A stretch of 64,000 bases of DNA from a candidate division WOR-3 bacterium (lineage in GTDB: Bacteria; Hydrothermota; Hydrothermia; B15-G9; WFZT01), in assembly GCA_027053075.1 (NCBI GenBank), contig JALUEE010000078.1, positions 32,001 to 96,000 on the forward strand, in the 5' to 3' direction. Positions 19,428 through 29,490 of the stretch are shown piece after piece (position 1 is the stretch's first letter; each line of letters starts with the position of its first letter). The translations under genes and the position numbers were made by a program. Under the pieces are notes generated by a model that was not told where the DNA came from, did no database searches, and saw only the letters and a list, made by a program, of their open reading frames with translations.

Positions 19428-21662
19428 ATGATAGAAATTGTGTTATCGGTCATTTTAGCATTCAATCCTTCGGTAAACAACTGGCAATGGAACTCCATCG
19501 GTCCTGATGGGGGTACAGTTCTGTCCATTGCCTCCAACTCAGACGGGACAAATCTTCTGGCTGTTACAATTGGAGCGGTGTGGAAATTTAATGGTTCAAG
19601 CTGGTCAACCGTATTTCCAATCTCAGGTCCCGGTACTATTCTCAATACCGGCCAGGATAGTTTCTGTTTGATTATCTCAGACGACTCTACTCTTGTCTAC
19701 ACTTCATCTGATGGAGGTAATACCTGGACCCAAACCTACTCCTCAGACCGTTGGTTTGCGGGAGCTTCCAACGTGAATTCGCATTATGTGTATATCGCAA
19801 ATGGAGACTCGGTATACATTTCTTCAGACGGTGGGAATACCTGGACAAGTGTCCCCAGACCGATAAATTCATCAAACAACATAAACTTAAATGGATGCCG
19901 AATCTCGTACTCCCCCAACTTTCCCTCAGTTGTTTTTATGGCAGTATCCGGCGATAGCATGGGAAACCCAATGCTCTGGCTCTTTAAATCCAGTAACTAT
20001 GGTCAGAGCTGGTCACTTGTTTTTAATGATACCATCATAAGCGAAATTGACGCATTCCTCGTAGACCCTGATGACACTAATAGATTATTCATCGGGGCAG
20101 GAATTGGAGAAGATAATTCCATTCCAGGAATATATGTTTCCACTGATGGAGGAGCAACCTGGACACCAACAATTGCATCCATTCAGGCGGGTATAATTTT
20201 CCCGAGTGATCTAAAGATGTATAACGACACACTATATGTCGCTTCCCTTATAAACCCAGGAATATATAAAGGATTCCAGGTAGCGGGTTTATGGTATTTC
20301 AACGCTTTATCCACAGACTATATCACTTACTCTCTTGATATAACTTCGAATGGTACAATGTATGCTGGGATCAGTGGCGGGGTGATGCAATCATCTGATA
20401 GAGCAAACTTCCAGGATATAACTCAGGGACTTCGAGCAGTTTATACACCTTACACACACGGAGTTATTGGAACTTACTACTCAGTCGAGGCCAATGGGTA
20501 CATTTACATGATTGATGGAGTATTTACAGCGGAGTGGACTGGTCCTGTTTTCACAAATGTCCTTTATTACAGCTCCAATGGCGGTAACACATGGTCAAAG
20601 CGGTTCTTGCCAGGAATAATCATGCCGGTCGGGGTACAAACTTCACCTACAAACCCATCTGTTGTCTATCTTTCGGGACTCGGATACAACTTTGATCCAA
20701 CAGGTAACTTCCGACTCCATTCCATTTACAAAAGTACCGATTATGGAGCCACTTTCACCGCAATGGACCCTGGATTCACAATAGATAGTTTAGCATATTT
20801 CTACGACGTTACATGGGTCTCACCTTCAGACCCCAACAGAATTATTGTCAAAGCCTACACATTTGATAAAAATGGCCCGAAGCCAGGAGGCGCCTCATTG
20901 CTCCTCTCAACTGATGGTGGTGCCTCGTTCAGCGCTATCCTGCCAAACTTTGTGCCATTGAGGGTAGTGGGAACTGACACAGTGTATGCGGCAGGATATA
21001 ATCCAACCCCCACAATCCTCATAAGCCGAGACGGCGGAGATAACTGGAATCTCTTTACCATCCCTCCAGGAGTGGTCAACGATATGGCCATCGAAAACGG
21101 CTATCTCTACTACTGTTTCAACGGTCAAAATGGTCTTATGGTGGAGAGATCCTCTAATGGGGTAACAATTGATACTCTTTGGTCTTTTAGCATTTACACC
21201 GATTTTGCGAAGCTCGTAACCAACGGAAATGATGTGTTTGTAAGTTTCAAGACTTATCAAGAAGCTGAGCAATTCGTTTATCATTACAAAAATTCAAACT
21301 GGTCGGCCGACACCGTTGATTTTACAGTGGGAGGCCTCATGCTATCTGACACATCATTGATGGCGTTTACAGCGGGAAGGAGCATCTACTCGAGCACAGA
21401 AGCACTGACAGGGGTTGGTGAATCCGCTCCCATCGGCTACACAAAACATGTAAAAATCCTCTATACAGCAAAGGGACCGGAAATGTTTGTTAGCACGAAT
21501 TCTCCGTACAAACTCAGGGTTTACGACGCCACCGGAAGGGAAATACTGGATAAGAAGGTTATGAGTCATAGGGTGATTATGAATTTTAGGCCCGGGGTAT
21601 ATTTCTATCGGGTGGAGAGCAGCAAACTTCGTGAGACGGGAAAATTTGTGATTTTTAGGTAA
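19428..21662 (+). CDS. Secreted BNR/Asp-box beta-propeller protein with T9SS-like C-terminal domain
   Basis: Many S-x-D-G-G-x-T-W Asp-boxes; C-terminal LRVYDATGREI...PGVYFYRV...GKFVIFR. Confidence 0.82.
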   Translation: MIEIVLSVILAFNPSVNNWQWNSIGPDGGTVLSIASNSDGTNLLAVTIGAVWKFNGSSWSTVFPISGPGTILNTGQDSFCLIISDDSTLVYTSSDGGNTWTQTYSSDRWFAGASNVNSHYVYIANGDSVYISSDGGNTWTSVPRPINSSNNINLNGCRISYSPNFPSVVFMAVSGDSMGNPMLWLFKSSNYGQSWSLVFNDTIISEIDAFLVDPDDTNRLFIGAGIGEDNSIPGIYVSTDGGATWTPTIASIQAGIIFPSDLKMYNDTLYVASLINPGIYKGFQVAGLWYFNALSTDYITYSLDITSNGTMYAGISGGVMQSSDRANFQDITQGLRAVYTPYTHGVIGTYYSVEANGYIYMIDGVFTAEWTGPVFTNVLYYSSNGGNTWSKRFLPGIIMPVGVQTSPTNPSVVYLSGLGYNFDPTGNFRLHSIYKSTDYGATFTAMDPGFTIDSLAYFYDVTWVSPSDPNRIIVKAYTFDKNGPKPGGASLLLSTDGGASFSAILPNFVPLRVVGTDTVYAAGYNPTPTILISRDGGDNWNLFTIPPGVVNDMAIENGYLYYCFNGQNGLMVERSSNGVTIDTLWSFSIYTDFAKLVTNGNDVFVSFKTYQEAEQFVYHYKNSNWSADTVDFTVGGLMLSDTSLMAFTAGRSIYSSTEALTGVGESAPIGYTKHVKILYTAKGPEMFVSTNSPYKLRVYDATGREILDKKVMSHRVIMNFRPGVYFYRVESSKLRETGKFVIFR

Positions 21663-21672
21663 AATAAAAATG

Positions 21673-21705
21673 TGTGGGGGCGGGCGCAAAGCGCCCGCCC
21701 CCACA
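21673..21705. terminator. GC-rich hairpin between convergent genes (likely terminator; triloop family)
   Basis: TGTGGGGGCGGGCGC-AAA-GCGCCCGCCCCCACA with A/T tracts on both sides. Confidence 0.7.
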
Positions 21706-21772
21706 TTTAATATCCTGCTATCTTAGAAGTTTGGTACTCCTAACATCCTGAGAACACCAATTATATCGTTCA

Positions 21773-22975
21773 TTACCATGTTGAGGGTATTCTTATTGTG
21801 AATTTCAATCCATTGCCAGGATTGCCTTTTACATCTATTTCCCCACCGTGAGCTTCTACGATTTTTTTAACAAGATACAGCCCAAGTCCAAGTCCCCGGG
21901 TTTTGGTGGTATAAAACATATCAAAAATATGCGTAAGTGCTTCTTCACTCATTCCACTGCCATTATCTGAAATCTCCAGAATAAAGCTATGTCCCCTCCT
22001 TTTTACATCTACCCTTATTTCCGTAGCATCTGCTTCAATAGCGTTTTTAAAAATGTTATAGAGCACCTGTTCCATCCAGTGCGGATCGCAAAAAACATCT
22101 GTTTCCTCATTGACTTTCACGCTGATATTTCTCGCAAGTTCAGCCTGTAATCCAGAAACAACCTTATCTATCAGTTCACTCAATTTACAATTTGCCAGTT
22201 TCAACTTGATGTGACGCGATACATTTCTGAAATCGTTAACAATGGAAATCAACCTCTTAGTTTCATTTCTTATCATCTCGGTAAACCTGTCTCTCCCACA
22301 TTTTGACTCAATCATCTGGAGAGCAAGATGGATAGTATTTAATGGATTTTTTATTTCATGAGCGATAAGGGAGGAGAACGATGAAAGTTCCTGAAATCTC
22401 TTTTTCTCAGCTTCTTCCTCTTTTATTCTTGCCTCCATTCTTACAATTCTTTCGTGAAATTTTAGTATTCCAACGAGGGCTATAAGGAAGATCAGGGTGG
22501 AGAAAAAAACGAGTGTCAGACCAGTCCTCTTCTGCTTTTTGAGTAATACGTCAAGGAATTTTAGGGAGTATCCTCCCACAAGAGATGAATGTCTCCCAAG
22601 ATTAACCTTAAATTCGAGGATGTCGTGGTCGATGGTTTTTACAATCCTCAAGGAATCGCTTATCCCCGGCTCTATAGGGAGGAAATAATCATATTTTGAT
22701 TGCCAGTAAACCACACTGTCACCGATCATGTAAGCAAGATAGTCAAATTCTCCTTCTTTTGTTAGTTTATCGATTACTCTCGATATATCTTCCAGTTTCA
22801 AGTCTCGATGACATGAAAACACTGTAAAAGTTTGCTTTATCCCTGAAATGTAGTTTCTTGCGATTTTTAGATAAGCATTTCTTGTGGACGTGTAATTTCT
22901 GAAGAAAATGAAGCCCACAAGGGAGACGAAGAGAATGTAAACAAGGAGTATCAGGAGGCCGAATCGCTTAGCCAT
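21773..22975 (-). CDS. Membrane sensor histidine kinase
   Basis: Two TM helices; H-box AHEIKNPL; N-box NAIEA; DNGSG; FYTTK; GLGLGL. Confidence 0.93.
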   Translation of the reverse strand: MAKRFGLLILLVYILFVSLVGFIFFRNYTSTRNAYLKIARNYISGIKQTFTVFSCHRDLKLEDISRVIDKLTKEGEFDYLAYMIGDSVVYWQSKYDYFLPIEPGISDSLRIVKTIDHDILEFKVNLGRHSSLVGGYSLKFLDVLLKKQKRTGLTLVFFSTLIFLIALVGILKFHERIVRMEARIKEEEAEKKRFQELSSFSSLIAHEIKNPLNTIHLALQMIESKCGRDRFTEMIRNETKRLISIVNDFRNVSRHIKLKLANCKLSELIDKVVSGLQAELARNISVKVNEETDVFCDPHWMEQVLYNIFKNAIEADATEIRVDVKRRGHSFILEISDNGSGMSEEALTHIFDMFYTTKTRGLGLGLYLVKKIVEAHGGEIDVKGNPGNGLKFTIRIPSTW

Positions 22976-23358
22976 TATCGTCTTCCGTGCCGGCCTCTCC
23001 TTTGTTTAAAGCCATGTCCCCGCCACACGGGAAAGCCGTTTGGGTCACGTAGAGTCAGTTTTTTCTTCAGAGTTTTATCGTTAATTTTCCCTGCGATTAT
23101 TATGTTGTTGTGAATACTACCATAAATTTCCACCGTGTCTCCGGTACGTGGAAGCCACGGCATTCCAAATCGTGGCCCAAGGAGTACCTCAAAAGTATCC
23201 TTTTTTTCAGTAACAATGTCCATTCTTATAGGCCATGCTGTGTCGTGCACAGCATCAACCACCCCTCCTACAGTCTTCAAACTCTTGAGATTATAGTACA
23301 ATCTCTGCCCCCCTGGTTGGGCAAATAATGTGAACGTTAACAGTAAACTAAGAATCAT
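22975..23358 (-). CDS. Exported OB-fold-like small protein (MamS/MamX-domain-like)
   Basis: Signal peptide; TVGGVV...LGP...GDTVEIYGS...LTLRDPNGFPVW pattern; similar to the 25060-25455 product. Confidence 0.5.
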   Translation of the reverse strand: MILSLLLTFTLFAQPGGQRLYYNLKSLKTVGGVVDAVHDTAWPIRMDIVTEKKDTFEVLLGPRFGMPWLPRTGDTVEIYGSIHNNIIIAGKINDKTLKKKLTLRDPNGFPVWRGHGFKQRRGRHGRR

Positions 23359-24176
23359 TTTTGCAGCTCCTCCCATATTTCGTATGGGGTTTTCCCTATT
23401 TTATCCGAAAATTCACGCAAAGTCATGTTCTTATCCATCTTTACCCCATACTTTAAAAATAGACTTTTGACCTTCTTTTCACTTACACCTTGCCTCTCAA
23501 TCAGTTCCTCAAAAGTCATCCTGCCGAGTCCCATTATCTGTTTACCGGAAAATCTTTCCTTTAGAAGATCATAAATATGCTCGGGAGAAGTTGAGTTTTT
23601 AGCTGCTATGTCTTTTAATTTTTCGTCAACGCTTTGTACCTTTATTCCTCTATTATTCAGATATTTGAGGGCAATTTCTGGATCACCTTTCAAATCTTCC
23701 ACCACTTTTTTCAGAGAATAAAGTTCCATGTGAGGAATCGGTGGAGACTGGAGTTTCTTCTCCCATGAATTCTTGAAGTAATCCCCGATATCCATAACAG
23801 TTTTGAAAGGTGGAACGTTTCCTGCCGACCCAACTATGATTACGACGGTCAAAACTGTAGCAACTGCGAGCTCCTTTTTCAGATAAAATGCATGCTTTGC
23901 CTTTCTGTACACGTAGTTATAAAGAGATTTCCAGTTGTAGTAAATGTGGAAGATAGCGAATATCAAAAACGCGTATCCAAGGTTTGTATGCAATGATTCC
24001 CACTGGGTTTTTGTGAGACCCAGTAGTTTCCAGTTTGTCCATTGTGCAATTCTCCCAGGTGGCACGATGTATAGGATGATCCCTGAAAAAACGAGACCAA
24101 TAAATGAGAGTGCCATCAGAAATGCTACGAATCCACGAGAATGCCACTTCTTTTCTTTCCTCTTTACTGCTGTCAT
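23355..24176 (-). CDS. DUF4405-family membrane protein
   Basis: SGIILYIVPPGRIAQWTNW.LLGLTKTQWESLH...FHIYYNWK. Confidence 0.8.
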   Translation of the reverse strand: MTAVKRKEKKWHSRGFVAFLMALSFIGLVFSGIILYIVPPGRIAQWTNWKLLGLTKTQWESLHTNLGYAFLIFAIFHIYYNWKSLYNYVYRKAKHAFYLKKELAVATVLTVVIIVGSAGNVPPFKTVMDIGDYFKNSWEKKLQSPPIPHMELYSLKKVVEDLKGDPEIALKYLNNRGIKVQSVDEKLKDIAAKNSTSPEHIYDLLKERFSGKQIMGLGRMTFEELIERQGVSEKKVKSLFLKYGVKMDKNMTLREFSDKIGKTPYEIWEELQK

Positions 24177-24246
24177 TTTTAGAACCTCCTGTGTGTAACG
24201 TCCAGTGGGCTTAAAGCTATACAGAGTTCCCGGCTGAATTCCAGGG

Positions 24247-24275
24247 GGGGGCGTGCCCCTGCGGGGCACGCCCCC
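24247..24275. terminator. Intercistronic hairpin (terminator or attenuator candidate)
   Basis: GGGGGCGTGCCCC-TGC-GGGGCACGCCCCC. Confidence 0.55.
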
Positions 24276-24287
24276 TGATTCCTGTTT

Positions 24288-24962
24288 TTATCTTGCTCTC
24301 CCACGATATCTAAATCTACTTCTTCCGTTTGAACCCGAAATAATCCCGTCAAATCTCTCCTGTGAAATATACTGAGGAGAGTATGTGCCACCATTCCTTA
24401 AAATCTGTCTATAAAATGCCCTCATGTGGTTCTCTGAACCATTAACAAGGTGTGTGTAAACCCTGATCACGTCAGAATTGACGGCAATATTTGCGAGGGC
24501 CTCATCCAGATCGTAAATATCAAGGTCTTCAATGGTTGCTCCCACCACGAGGGCGTCAAGTAACGACCTGCTCCCCTGTTCCACAAGTCTCTGGTAGAGA
24601 GCCGTTAAATTTGGATCCTGGAAGAATCCAATCGAGTCATTTGTTACGGGATCAGCAATTCCATATCTGTCAAGTAATGTTTTTACTGCATTTGTGTGTC
24701 TCTGCTCACTCGAGGCAATGTTATTGAATATTCTTGCTCCCCATCTTTGGTATAGAGTGAGGTACACGTCTCTTGCAAGCTTTTCTTCCTGTCTCATGTG
24801 TATGAGACTCTGGATTTCATCCTGGGTCAAATCAGTTGTCGTGGGTTGAACAGCAGTGGTCTGTGCCACTGGATCATTCATGGAAATAGCTGATGATTGA
24901 CCGCAGGCAGTGAATGCAAATACAGAACCTACTATTATAGTTAGTGCTAACAATCTTCTCAT
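24288..24962 (-). CDS. DUF2202 ferritin-like lipoprotein
   Basis: Lipobox FTAC; MRQEEKLARDVY, SEQRH, IEDLDIYDL, GSENHMRAF. Confidence 0.85.
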   Translation of the reverse strand: MRRLLALTIIVGSVFAFTACGQSSAISMNDPVAQTTAVQPTTTDLTQDEIQSLIHMRQEEKLARDVYLTLYQRWGARIFNNIASSEQRHTNAVKTLLDRYGIADPVTNDSIGFFQDPNLTALYQRLVEQGSRSLLDALVVGATIEDLDIYDLDEALANIAVNSDVIRVYTHLVNGSENHMRAFYRQILRNGGTYSPQYISQERFDGIISGSNGRSRFRYRGRAR

Positions 24963-25023
24963 ATTAACAACCTCCTTTTTAAAATTTTTTATTTTTCATT
25001 AAAAATCAAAGTTTTTTGACTTT

Positions 25024-25056
25024 GTGTGTGGCGGCCTTAAAAAGGCCGCCACACAC
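25024..25056. terminator. Intercistronic hairpin downstream of the 25060-25455 gene
   Basis: GTGTGTGGCGGCCTT-AAA-AAGGCCGCCACACAC. Confidence 0.6.
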
Positions 25057-25059
25057 GCC

Positions 25060-25455
25060 TTACCAATGCCCTGGGCCCCTCCAGAATCCTGCGCATCTAC
25101 GTGGACCGTATGCCCACCTCAATGCATATACCCTTTTAGCCGTCAGGTTTCGGACAAAACTTACAAGTATCCCTGAACTGGCATACTGGAATGAGATTCC
25201 CTGGAGTTCAACCCTATCTCCTATACCAATCTGTATGCCGAATGACCATGTGGGTGGTATCCATGCGTAAACTATTCTTCCCGGAGCAGTTCTTACTCCA
25301 ATTCGCATGTATTTGCAGCAGGCCCATGAATTGGGTGCGACATACTCGATCTTTTCTACCACACCTGTTACCTTCATTTGTGTTGTGTCCTGTGCCATCA
25401 AAGCTCCAGAGAACAGCCCAAGACCTATTATGGCGGAGAATATTGCCCTCCTCAT
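25060..25455 (-). CDS. Exported OB-fold-like small protein; first gene behind the sigma-54 promoter
   Basis: Signal peptide; KVTGVVEKI...GDRVELQG; GAAGGAGGA RBS. Confidence 0.6.
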   Translation of the reverse strand: MRRAIFSAIIGLGLFSGALMAQDTTQMKVTGVVEKIEYVAPNSWACCKYMRIGVRTAPGRIVYAWIPPTWSFGIQIGIGDRVELQGISFQYASSGILVSFVRNLTAKRVYALRWAYGPRRCAGFWRGPGHW

Positions 25456-25506
25456 GGTCTCATCCTCCTTCATTTTTAAATATCAATTTTGTCACTCTAT
25501 CTAACG

Positions 25507-25521
25507 GCAATTTATCTGCCA
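25507..25521 (-). promoter_or_regulatory. Sigma-54 (-24/-12) promoter
   Basis: Minus strand TGGCAGATAAATTGC: GG-N10-GC, close to the TGGCAC-N5-TTGC consensus. Confidence 0.85.
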
Positions 25522-25577
25522 CAAAATAAAATTTTAGGTTTGATGCGTTTTTCACAATGGACTCCTATGGAATCGCA

Positions 25578-25636
25578 TACAAAATTGTCGAATGATAGGA
25601 TACGCACAGGATAGAATTCGACAATTTTGTCGAATT
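25578..25636. promoter_or_regulatory. Candidate enhancer (UAS) pair for the adjacent NtrC-family regulator
   Basis: Perfect palindrome AATTCGACAA-TT-TTGTCGAATT (25615-25636) and a degenerate copy TACAAAATTGTCGAAT (25578-25593). Confidence 0.7.
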
Positions 25637-25718
25637 GAAGGAAATTAAACTCCCTGGCTGGATTTTACCACGTTAGATATGTTAGAAAATTAAGGGATTG
25701 AGAACGGAAGCTATATGA

Positions 25719-27083
25719 TCAGCTATGTTTTTCCTTTATTCCAAGTTTTTCCATCCTGTATCTAAGTACCCTTTCTGAGATCCCAAGTTCCTTCGCAGCT
25801 CTTGTCTTCACCCAGTTATTCTTCTTTAGTGCCTCGAGGATTAGACTTTTTTCAATAAGCTCGAGTCTCTCTGGCAAGGATAAATTTTTATTGCTTTCAA
25901 CCTGAAATTCGCTCGATAGAAGATGAACAGGCAAGTCATCAGTTGTGATAAGGTCACCTTGGGCCATCACAACGGCCCTTTCAACGATATTTTCCAGTTC
26001 TCTTACATTGCCAAGATAATCGTATCTTATTAATGCCTCATAAGCCTCTCTTGTAAAACCGTGGATTTTCTTTCCCTCTTTTTGACTGAATTTTTTGAGA
26101 AAGTGAGCGAGGAGATACGGAATATCCTCTCTCCGCTCCCTCAGAGGTTTGATGTGAATATGGATGACATTCAGTCTGTAGTAGAGGTCTTCTCTAAAAT
26201 TTCCCTTCCTGACTTCTTCTTCGAGATTCTTATTTGTAGCTGCAATGACTCTGATATCCACTTTGACAGGTTTGGACGAACCAACCGGGAAAAATTCACC
26301 TTCTTGCAAAGCCCTCAGTAGTTTGGGCTGAAGATTTAGAGGGAGTTCACCAATTTCATCGAGGAAGATAGTGCCACCATCTGCCATCTGAAAATACCCC
26401 TTTCTGTCTTTAACTGCATCAGTGAATGCTCCTTTTACATGTCCAAAGAGTTCAGATTCGATCAAAGTCTCCGGAATGGCTGCAACATTCACTGGTATGA
26501 AAGGTTTGTCTTTTCGAGGGGAATAACGGTGGATAAATCTCGCTATAAGCTCTTTCCCGGTCCCTGTCTCTCCTGTAATTAATACAGAGGCACGGGATTT
26601 TGCAACTTTGAGAGCAGTGGCAAGAACCCTCTTCATCTCGTATGATTCAGCTACGATACCCTCCACATCAGGATAGAAAAGTTCTTTTTCTTCTTTGAGT
26701 AGCTCGATTTCTTTCACGAGATTTAGATGTTTTATTGCACGGGAAATGACAATGAGCAATTCATCAAGATTTATCGGTTTTACCAGATAGTGGAATGCTC
26801 CAGACTTCATTGCTTCGATAACGAGATCGACATCAGAGTAAGCAGTGGTCATTATAACCGGGATTTGTGGATTAATCTCCCTGATTTTCTTTAACAAATC
26901 GATACCCGACGTGTCTGGCAATTTGATATCGAGAAGGATAGCATCAAAAATTCTGGACTCGAATTTTTTTAACGCTTCTCCACCAGACTCCGCTCCTTCG
27001 GTTTCGTAACCTTTACTTTCGAGAAATTCCTGGAGAATCTCTCTTTGATTTTTTTCGTCCTCTACTATCAATATTGTTGACAT
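25719..27083 (-). CDS. Sigma-54-dependent response regulator (NtrC/ZraR/AtoC family)
   Basis: Receiver domain; GETGTGKE; ESELFGHVKGAFTDA; FLDEIGE; C-terminal Fis-type HTH. Confidence 0.95.
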   Translation of the reverse strand: MSTILIVEDEKNQREILQEFLESKGYETEGAESGGEALKKFESRIFDAILLDIKLPDTSGIDLLKKIREINPQIPVIMTTAYSDVDLVIEAMKSGAFHYLVKPINLDELLIVISRAIKHLNLVKEIELLKEEKELFYPDVEGIVAESYEMKRVLATALKVAKSRASVLITGETGTGKELIARFIHRYSPRKDKPFIPVNVAAIPETLIESELFGHVKGAFTDAVKDRKGYFQMADGGTIFLDEIGELPLNLQPKLLRALQEGEFFPVGSSKPVKVDIRVIAATNKNLEEEVRKGNFREDLYYRLNVIHIHIKPLRERREDIPYLLAHFLKKFSQKEGKKIHGFTREAYEALIRYDYLGNVRELENIVERAVVMAQGDLITTDDLPVHLLSSEFQVESNKNLSLPERLELIEKSLILEALKKNNWVKTRAAKELGISERVLRYRMEKLGIKEKHS

Positions 27084-27161
27084 CTCAACACCCCTTTGGG
27101 CATTATGAATATAAAAGATGGCAGAAGTTTTACAAGTATCTTCATAAACTATGAATCAAAC

Positions 27162-28052
27162 TTAAAAGATTTTCTTCACAAAACTCAGGGTCTCATATTT
27201 TTTTGCCCCCATACGCCGTTTAAATTCCTCCACTCCGGGCAATCCCAGGCTCGAGCCCAGGTTGTAAATGTGGATATCCAGCTTTTCTACAACAGTTTTA
27301 TGCAGGAGATTGTTGGGCCTCAGGTCTAAAAACTCCTTTTTTGCCACTCCATAGTGGTAAAAGGCATATTTCTTCCCCAATACCACGAAGATATGCGCTA
27401 CAGGCTGATCCCGGTAAACAGCCGAAAAAAGCCGGGCAACTCCACTTTTTATCTGCTCTTCAAAAAATACCCTCTTACCTTCCACCCGCTTATCAAGCCA
27501 ACCCTCCCGGGAAAATAACTCTTCAAGAAATTCATTCAAGTTACTATTTATCTTCACTCTCACACCTTCCCGCTCAGCCTTTCTTGCCCCGCGTAAGAAA
27601 GATTCTGTGAAAGCGTCCCCCTCTTTTAAATTCAGGATATGCGTGAATCCCCTAAATTCTTTCATCCCCGAGAACACCACCGGGGCTATCTGATTAAAGG
27701 GCTCCAGATTAACCACAAAACGCACAAGCCCTTTCGAAATTCTACTTATAAACTCCCTGATACACTCAAAATCATGCTCACCCTCCACTAAAACCGGGCC
27801 TCCGTAAGTTCCAAGCGGCCCGCTGTAGATTGCCCGGAGGAGGTAGGTTTTTGATAGAAGAAACGGGAAAAGATACGTAGAATCACGGCATCTTATTTCA
27901 TAGGCACCGTGCTCGTAATTCTTTCTCAAACTTTTATAGATTTTAAGCCATTGAGGTGAGTAAAAAGGTGGGTAAACCTCGAGCCTGTTCAGAAGTTCAA
28001 CCCACCTTTCCTCACCTATACGCTCATAATTCAATTGTTTATGCTCATACAT
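27162..28052 (-). CDS. GNAT / FemAB-like acyltransferase domain protein
   Basis: GTYGGP; RGARKAEREGV; RPNNLL; YNLG...GVEEFKRRMGA. Confidence 0.7.
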   Translation of the reverse strand: MYEHKQLNYERIGEERWVELLNRLEVYPPFYSPQWLKIYKSLRKNYEHGAYEIRCRDSTYLFPFLLSKTYLLRAIYSGPLGTYGGPVLVEGEHDFECIREFISRISKGLVRFVVNLEPFNQIAPVVFSGMKEFRGFTHILNLKEGDAFTESFLRGARKAEREGVRVKINSNLNEFLEELFSREGWLDKRVEGKRVFFEEQIKSGVARLFSAVYRDQPVAHIFVVLGKKYAFYHYGVAKKEFLDLRPNNLLHKTVVEKLDIHIYNLGSSLGLPGVEEFKRRMGAKKYETLSFVKKIF

Positions 28053-28123
28053 TAATCAGAATGACACTCCAAACCACTCGCCCGCACAAAGTGCGTAAGG
28101 GAAGGAAAAGGTATTGGCTTTAA

Positions 28124-28304
28124 CGTGTTCGAAAATTCTGGGATTTTTCTCCTTTTCTCTTCACTTTTCCCATTCCACCCCATCCCTCCCTTCCCAAAGG
28201 GAAGGGAGGGTGAAAAAATTTGAATTTCTGGATTTTTTGTAGAGACACCTATCCACTGCGCATTTCGTAAGTGAAGATAAAGTGTAGTGACATTTTTGAA
28301 CACG
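28124..28304. mobile_element. MITE-like element (about 180 bp) with 13-bp terminal inverted repeats and internal hairpin
   Basis: CGTGTTCGAAAAT (28124-28136) vs ATTTTTGAACACG (28292-28304), 12/13 inverted; internal CCCTCCCTTCCC-AAA-GGGAAGGGAGGG. Confidence 0.6.
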
Positions 28305-28341
28305 CCTGGAAATCCTTTGAGTGTATTCACAAACATTTCCA

Positions 28342-29487
28342 TTACTTATTTCTTAAAAAGGCACGGGCGATGGTTAGCCTGTGGGCCTCGGATGTCCCTT
28401 CATAAATTTCTGTAATCTTGGCATCTCTGTAATGTCTTTCCACATCAAAGTCCTCGGTATATCCATAACCACCGTGAACCTGAATGGCTTCACGAGTTAC
28501 CTTCATTGCTACATCTGATGCAAATAGCTTTGCATAAGCAGAGGCGACAACATAATTCTCGCCTCTGTCCTTTAGAAATGCAGCCTTTAGATAGAGCAGC
28601 CTCGCAGCCTCAATAAGCATTGCCATATCCGCAATTTTCCACTGAATAGCCTGGAATTCGGCTATAGGTTTTCCAAACTGCTTTCTTTCCTTGGCATAGG
28701 CTACTGATTCTTCAAAGGCTGCCCTCGCAATCCCTGTGGCCTGTGCAGCAATCCCGATTCTTCCACCATCGTAGGCATCAAGGGCTATATAAAAACCTTT
28801 ACCACGCTCACCAAGCATATTTTCATCTGGAACCCTCATATCCTCAAAAATGAGCTCGGCAGTGGATGAAGCCCTGATTCCAAGCTTATGCTCTATCTTT
28901 CCAATAGAAAAGCCAGGGGTATCCCTTTCCACAATAAATGCCGAAAGTCCCTTGTGCCCGAGCTCCGGATCAGTTTTGGCAAAAATCAGATAAATACCTG
29001 CCTCTCGACCATTTGTAATGAAAATCTTCCGACCATTTATCACCCATTCGTTGCCATCCTTTACAGCACGGGTTTTGATGCCCGCAATGTCTGTCCCTGC
29101 CTCTGGCTCGGTCATTCCGTGGGCTCCGATGGCCTTCCCTGAGGCAAGAAGTGGGAGATACTTTTTCTTCTGTTCCTCTGTGCCGTATTTCATGATGGGA
29201 TCAACAACGAGGGAAGTGTGAGCAGACATAATTACACCTGTTCCAGCGCATGCCCTTGAGATTTCCTCAACCATCAAGGCATAGCTCACAACGTCCATTC
29301 CAGCACCACCATATACTTCGGGGACATAGACCCCAAACATACCGAGTTTTGCCATCTTTTTCACGATTTCAGCGGGGAATTTTGCCTCTCTGTCCAGCTC
29401 ACGGGCCACGGGCTTTATTTCCTTTTCTGCAAATTCCCGTGCCATATCCCTTGCCATTTTTTGTTCTTCAGTTAGCTCAAAATTCAT
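28342..29487 (-). CDS. Acyl-CoA dehydrogenase (butyryl-CoA dehydrogenase-like)
   Basis: MTEPEAGTD, NGRKIFITNG, KLGIRASST, GGRIGIAAQA, RKQFGKPI, HGGYGY, IYEGTSE. Confidence 0.94.
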   Translation of the reverse strand: MNFELTEEQKMARDMAREFAEKEIKPVARELDREAKFPAEIVKKMAKLGMFGVYVPEVYGGAGMDVVSYALMVEEISRACAGTGVIMSAHTSLVVDPIMKYGTEEQKKKYLPLLASGKAIGAHGMTEPEAGTDIAGIKTRAVKDGNEWVINGRKIFITNGREAGIYLIFAKTDPELGHKGLSAFIVERDTPGFSIGKIEHKLGIRASSTAELIFEDMRVPDENMLGERGKGFYIALDAYDGGRIGIAAQATGIARAAFEESVAYAKERKQFGKPIAEFQAIQWKIADMAMLIEAARLLYLKAAFLKDRGENYVVASAYAKLFASDVAMKVTREAIQVHGGYGYTEDFDVERHYRDAKITEIYEGTSEAHRLTIARAFLRNK

Positions 29488-29490
29488 AAC

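Noticed and set aside
22975..25455. Magnetosome island suggested by MamS/MamX-like domains
   Set aside because: No other mam genes and no heme-binding CxxCH motifs; this fold is common outside magnetotactic bacteria.
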